The notes beneath the pieces are model-generated. The model was not told the origin of the DNA. It made no database searches and was given only the letters and a program-made list of their open reading frames with translations. From the NCBI GenBank assembly GCA_964411325.1, contig CAYPKM010000003.1:1-37369 (forward strand): a stretch of 37,369 nt of DNA. Reading direction: 5' to 3'. This DNA comes from an uncultured Christensenella sp. (GTDB lineage Bacteria > Bacillota > Clostridia > Christensenellales > UBA1242). This document shows, piece by piece, positions 34,191-37,369 of the stretch. Position 1 is the stretch's first letter, and each line of letters starts with the position of its first letter. The translations under genes and the position numbers were made by a program.

Positions 34191-36842
34191 ATGTTACAAT
34201 TAAAAGAAATCAAAAAAGATTATAATGTCGGTGACACCAAAGTCCACGCACTCAAAGATATAAGTATTACTTTTAGAGAGAGCGAATTTGTCTCTATATT
34301 AGGGCCCTCGGGCTGTGGCAAAACAACTATGCTCAATATCATAGGCGGACTAGACCACTACACTTCTGGTGACTTAATTATAGACAATGTCAGCACCAAG
34401 AATTATACAAATAGAGATTGGGATACCTATAGAAATCATAGAGTTGGATTTATATTCCAAAGTTACAATCTTATCCCCCACCAAACAATTTTGGAGAATG
34501 TTGAACTTGCTCTCAATATCTCTGGAATTGAGAAAAAAGAAAGAGTAAGACGTGCAAAAAAAGCCCTAGACAAAGTTGGACTAAAAAATCAATACACCAA
34601 AAAGCCTAATCAATTGTCTGGCGGACAATGTCAAAGAGTTGCTATTGCTAGAGCTTTGGTAAATGATCCCGAAATTTTACTAGCAGACGAGCCAACCGGT
34701 GCTTTGGATAGTGAAACAAGTGTACAAATAATGGATTTGATACAAGAGATAGCCAAAGAATGCTTGGTCATTATGGTTACACACAATCCCGAATTAGCAG
34801 ATAAATACTCTACTAGGATAATAAAATTACTAGATGGCAAAGTTCTATCGGACTCAAACCCATACATTGAGCAAAAAGAAGAATTACTCCCTACAAATAC
34901 AAAAGTACCCAACAAAAAATCCAAGAAAAAATCAAAATTATCATTTTGGTCGGCATTTAAACTTTCTGCCAAAAATTTATATTCCAAATTCAAAAGAACA
35001 TTTATGGTTTGCCTAGCTGGCTCAATAGGTATAATTGGTGTTGCCACAGTTTTGGCTGTTTCTACAGGTGTACAAGGATATATCACCAATATGCAGAATG
35101 ATATGTTATCTGGCAATCCTATCACCATCAGCGAAGAAGCATTGAATTTAAATGCTCTTATGTCGGCACGTGGTGACGCTATGACCAAAGAAGCTCTCAA
35201 AAAGTCTACAAAAGATGGATATATCAATGTAGATTTTATGATAGATTATTTGGTTGAACGTAGTGGCGATTTGACATCTCTTAAAGTTAATAATAATATA
35301 ACCGATGATTATGTCAAATTTGTCAAATCTATGCCAAAAGAATATTATTCAGCTATTTCTTCTGACTATGGCTTAAATCTATCTAATAATATATACACCG
35401 ACTATCAATTCAATAATCAAAGCAATAATAATTTATCTCTCTCCACCGCCCTACAAATCTATACAGAAATGCTCAATAAAACCGAGGGCTACGAGAGTTT
35501 TGCACAATACATTTCATTATACTCAAATAGCTTTATGCAAGCAATGGATAACAAAGACTTTATATTATCTCAATACAATATGATTGCTGGAGAAAAAATT
35601 GCTACAGAAAAAAATGAAATAATGATAGTCTTAAGCGACGACAATGCTCTAACAGACCTCCTTCTAGCCCAATTTGGATATTATTCCCAAGACCAATTTT
35701 TCAATATAGTATATCACGCAACAGATAGCAATCAATATAACGAACACTTGTGGAAAGACGATTTTTCTTACGACGAAATCCTCAATAAAACTTTCACTTG
35801 GTATCCAAACAATCAAGTATTTACATCTTCCCCTATCCCAAATAGTCCATTTACATATAGCGGATACGAGAACAATACCTGGGAAAACGGCATAGAATTA
35901 AAAATTACAGCTATTCTTACACCAAAAGAAGACATCTCATATGGCTGTTTGGAAAGCGGATTTTATTACACAGAGGCACTTGCAGAAGCCATTTTGCAAG
36001 ATAGCCAAAATTCCGAAATTGTCAAATATTTTATGGACAACGACATCTCTTCTTTTGATAGCGTATATTTAAACGAAAGCACCTATAGTGGCATTACATA
36101 CAAATATTCTTTTGAACTAAATGGCACTAATTATAATGACAATATTGGATTTGTAGGCAGTTCTTCTTCATTGAGCTTATTTGCAGGCACAATGTCAAAT
36201 ACAAAATCGTATTCTCTATCCCTAAGAGAAATTGGCGGAAAGAATATCCCTAGTACTATCAAAGTCTATCCAAAAGACTTCGACCTAAAAGATGAAGTGA
36301 CAAATTATCTAACCCAATGGAACAAAGATACGACAATCATCATTGGTAACAAACCTATATCAAGCGAAGATAGACAAGATATTGAATACACCGACAATCT
36401 ATCTATAGTCATAAACCTTGTAAACAATCTAGTAAATATTGTTACCACTGCACTAGTTGCATTCACCGCCCTATCACTAGTAGTATCGACAGTAATGGTA
36501 GCAATAATTACATACGTATCAGTAATGGAAAGAGTAAAAGAAATAGGTGTCATTCGTTCACTTGGTGGCAGAAAGAGAGATATCTCTAGCCTATTTATAG
36601 CAGAAACATTTATAATTGGCAGTATTTCCGGCATATTCGGTATTGCCATTACCTATGGAATATCTGCAATAATCAATCTAATTGTAGGCAATTTATTTGG
36701 CATATATACAATTGCTACATTACCTATCCCTACCGCATTGATAATGATAGCAATTAGCATTATTCTCACTCTAATTTCTGGATTGATACCTGCAAGCCTA
36801 GCAGCCAAAAAAGACCCAGTAGAAGCTTTGAGAAGCGAATAA
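34191..36842 (+). CDS. MacB-type fused ABC transporter (ATPase plus FtsX-like permease with large extracellular domain)
   Basis: GPSGCGKTT, LSGGQCQR, ADEPTGALD, ERVKEIGVIRSLGG, KDPVEALR; RBS GAGGAG. Confidence 0.94.
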   Translation: MLQLKEIKKDYNVGDTKVHALKDISITFRESEFVSILGPSGCGKTTMLNIIGGLDHYTSGDLIIDNVSTKNYTNRDWDTYRNHRVGFIFQSYNLIPHQTILENVELALNISGIEKKERVRRAKKALDKVGLKNQYTKKPNQLSGGQCQRVAIARALVNDPEILLADEPTGALDSETSVQIMDLIQEIAKECLVIMVTHNPELADKYSTRIIKLLDGKVLSDSNPYIEQKEELLPTNTKVPNKKSKKKSKLSFWSAFKLSAKNLYSKFKRTFMVCLAGSIGIIGVATVLAVSTGVQGYITNMQNDMLSGNPITISEEALNLNALMSARGDAMTKEALKKSTKDGYINVDFMIDYLVERSGDLTSLKVNNNITDDYVKFVKSMPKEYYSAISSDYGLNLSNNIYTDYQFNNQSNNNLSLSTALQIYTEMLNKTEGYESFAQYISLYSNSFMQAMDNKDFILSQYNMIAGEKIATEKNEIMIVLSDDNALTDLLLAQFGYYSQDQFFNIVYHATDSNQYNEHLWKDDFSYDEILNKTFTWYPNNQVFTSSPIPNSPFTYSGYENNTWENGIELKITAILTPKEDISYGCLESGFYYTEALAEAILQDSQNSEIVKYFMDNDISSFDSVYLNESTYSGITYKYSFELNGTNYNDNIGFVGSSSSLSLFAGTMSNTKSYSLSLREIGGKNIPSTIKVYPKDFDLKDEVTNYLTQWNKDTTIIIGNKPISSEDRQDIEYTDNLSIVINLVNNLVNIVTTALVAFTALSLVVSTVMVAIITYVSVMERVKEIGVIRSLGGRKRDISSLFIAETFIIGSISGIFGIAITYGISAIINLIVGNLFGIYTIATLPIPTALIMIAISIILTLISGLIPASLAAKKDPVEALRSE

Positions 36843-36871
36843 TCGGCTCCAACAAAAAATGACTAATCACG

Positions 36872-36908
36872 AAAAAAAGTTTGCACTTGAATATTGCAAA
36901 CTTTTTTT
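36872..36908. terminator. Bidirectional intrinsic terminator
   Basis: AAAAAAAGTTTGCA-cttgaatat-TGCAAACTTTTTTT. Confidence 0.85.
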
Positions 36909-36933
36909 GTCTTATCCCTATATTGCCCCTATA

Positions 36934-37134
36934 TTATCTTTCTCTTTCGTCAAAATTTTTCTTCAAATCTTTCATTTTTCTTTCACGTTCTTCTCTTTTG
37001 TATTGTCTCTCGATATATCTACGAATTGACTCAGCACAAGACTTTTCTTTGCCCAAATCAGCATAGACATTCTTCTCATCGGTTTTACTCTCTAACCCTA
37101 CAAACTCATCAATATTCACAACTTTCTTTTTCAT
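36934..37134 (-). CDS. Small charged hypothetical protein (66-70 aa)
   Basis: G-rich RBS, its own sigma-A promoter and a downstream terminator. Confidence 0.65.
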   Translation of the reverse strand: MKKKVVNIDEFVGLESKTDEKNVYADLGKEKSCAESIRRYIERQYKREERERKMKDLKKNFDERER

Positions 37135-37162
37135 AATATCCCCCATTTCTTTTTATACTTAT

Positions 37163-37191
37163 ATAATACCACTACCGACAGTAATTTTCAA
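37163..37191 (-). promoter_or_regulatory. Sigma-A promoter of the small ORF
   Basis: TTGAAA-17 bp-TATTAT with extended -10 TG. Confidence 0.6.
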
Positions 37192-37261
37192 TAGCCAAAA
37201 AACAAAAAGAATATAAATTATCATTAATTCTCAAAAATATAAAAAAATTGTAGAAAAATTA

Positions 37262-37290
37262 TTGACATAATCATACATTTTTGATATGAT
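37262..37290 (+). promoter_or_regulatory. Sigma-A promoter of the tRNA
   Basis: TTGACA-17 bp-TATGAT, extended -10 TG, A-rich UP region. Confidence 0.8.
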
Positions 37291-37320
37291 ATTAAAGTTC
37301 AATAAAAAAGAACGAAATAT

Positions 37321-37369
37321 GGGGGTATAGCTCAGTTGGCTAGAGCACCTGCCTTGCAAGCAGGGGGTC
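37321..37369 (+). tRNA. tRNA-Ala(TGC), truncated by the window end
   Basis: GGGGGTA TAGCTCAGTTGGCTAGAGC A CCTGC CT-TGC-AA GCAGG GGGTC. Confidence 0.96.

Noticed and set aside
645-37136. Many 60-200 aa ORFs antisense to, or out of frame within, the called genes (e.g. 17563-18021, 29478-29897, 34631-35227, 36894-37136)
   Set aside because: Shadow ORFs of well-supported genes, with no recognisable motifs.
1-37369. CRISPR array, transposase, integrase, rRNA or riboswitch
   Set aside because: No regularly spaced repeats, recombinase motifs or recognisable structured-RNA signatures seen by eye; an Rfam scan was not possible.

Overview
Low-GC chromosomal segment from a spore-forming Clostridia-type bacterium (lineage inferred from spoIVA, spoIIP, ylmC/ymxH, a spoVB-like gene and SigE-type promoters). 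The left edge (1-1103) looks like the right end of an element integrated at tRNA-Lys(CTT): a MerR/GyrI cargo gene followed by a tRNA 3' half that is split into two pieces. Next come two divergent orphan genes, one with a transglutaminase-like Cys-His-Asp triad and one with a possible degenerate JAB/MPN fold. A core block follows: spoIVA, plsY, der, spoIIP, ylmC, nrdR, a nucleotidyltransferase, a motif-degenerate Ppx/GppA, a 54-aa 2[4Fe-4S] ferredoxin missing from the ORF track, a split TauE/SafE pair, a 1177-aa four-repeat surface protein with a cytoplasmic coiled coil, a YghO-like GNAT, a LysM protein, a SpoVB-like flippase with a probable AUC start, a TtcA-like protein and a cls operon. The best candidate for an undescribed system is at 26.9-36.9 kb. 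There an ECF sigma factor is paired with an RsgI-like (Asn-Pro motif) anti-sigma, and a duplicated promoter motif (ATACCAATAAAA-N9-TAATCGTTTA) sits in front of both the sigma gene and a MacB-type ABC gene; the second copy overlaps a terminator. Downstream lie a membrane protein, a decayed lipoprotein gene and a DUF4353-like lipoprotein, and the unit is back-to-back with a MarR-regulated second MacB-type transporter. The window ends inside tRNA-Ala(TGC). All family calls come from motif recognition by eye; no searches were run.
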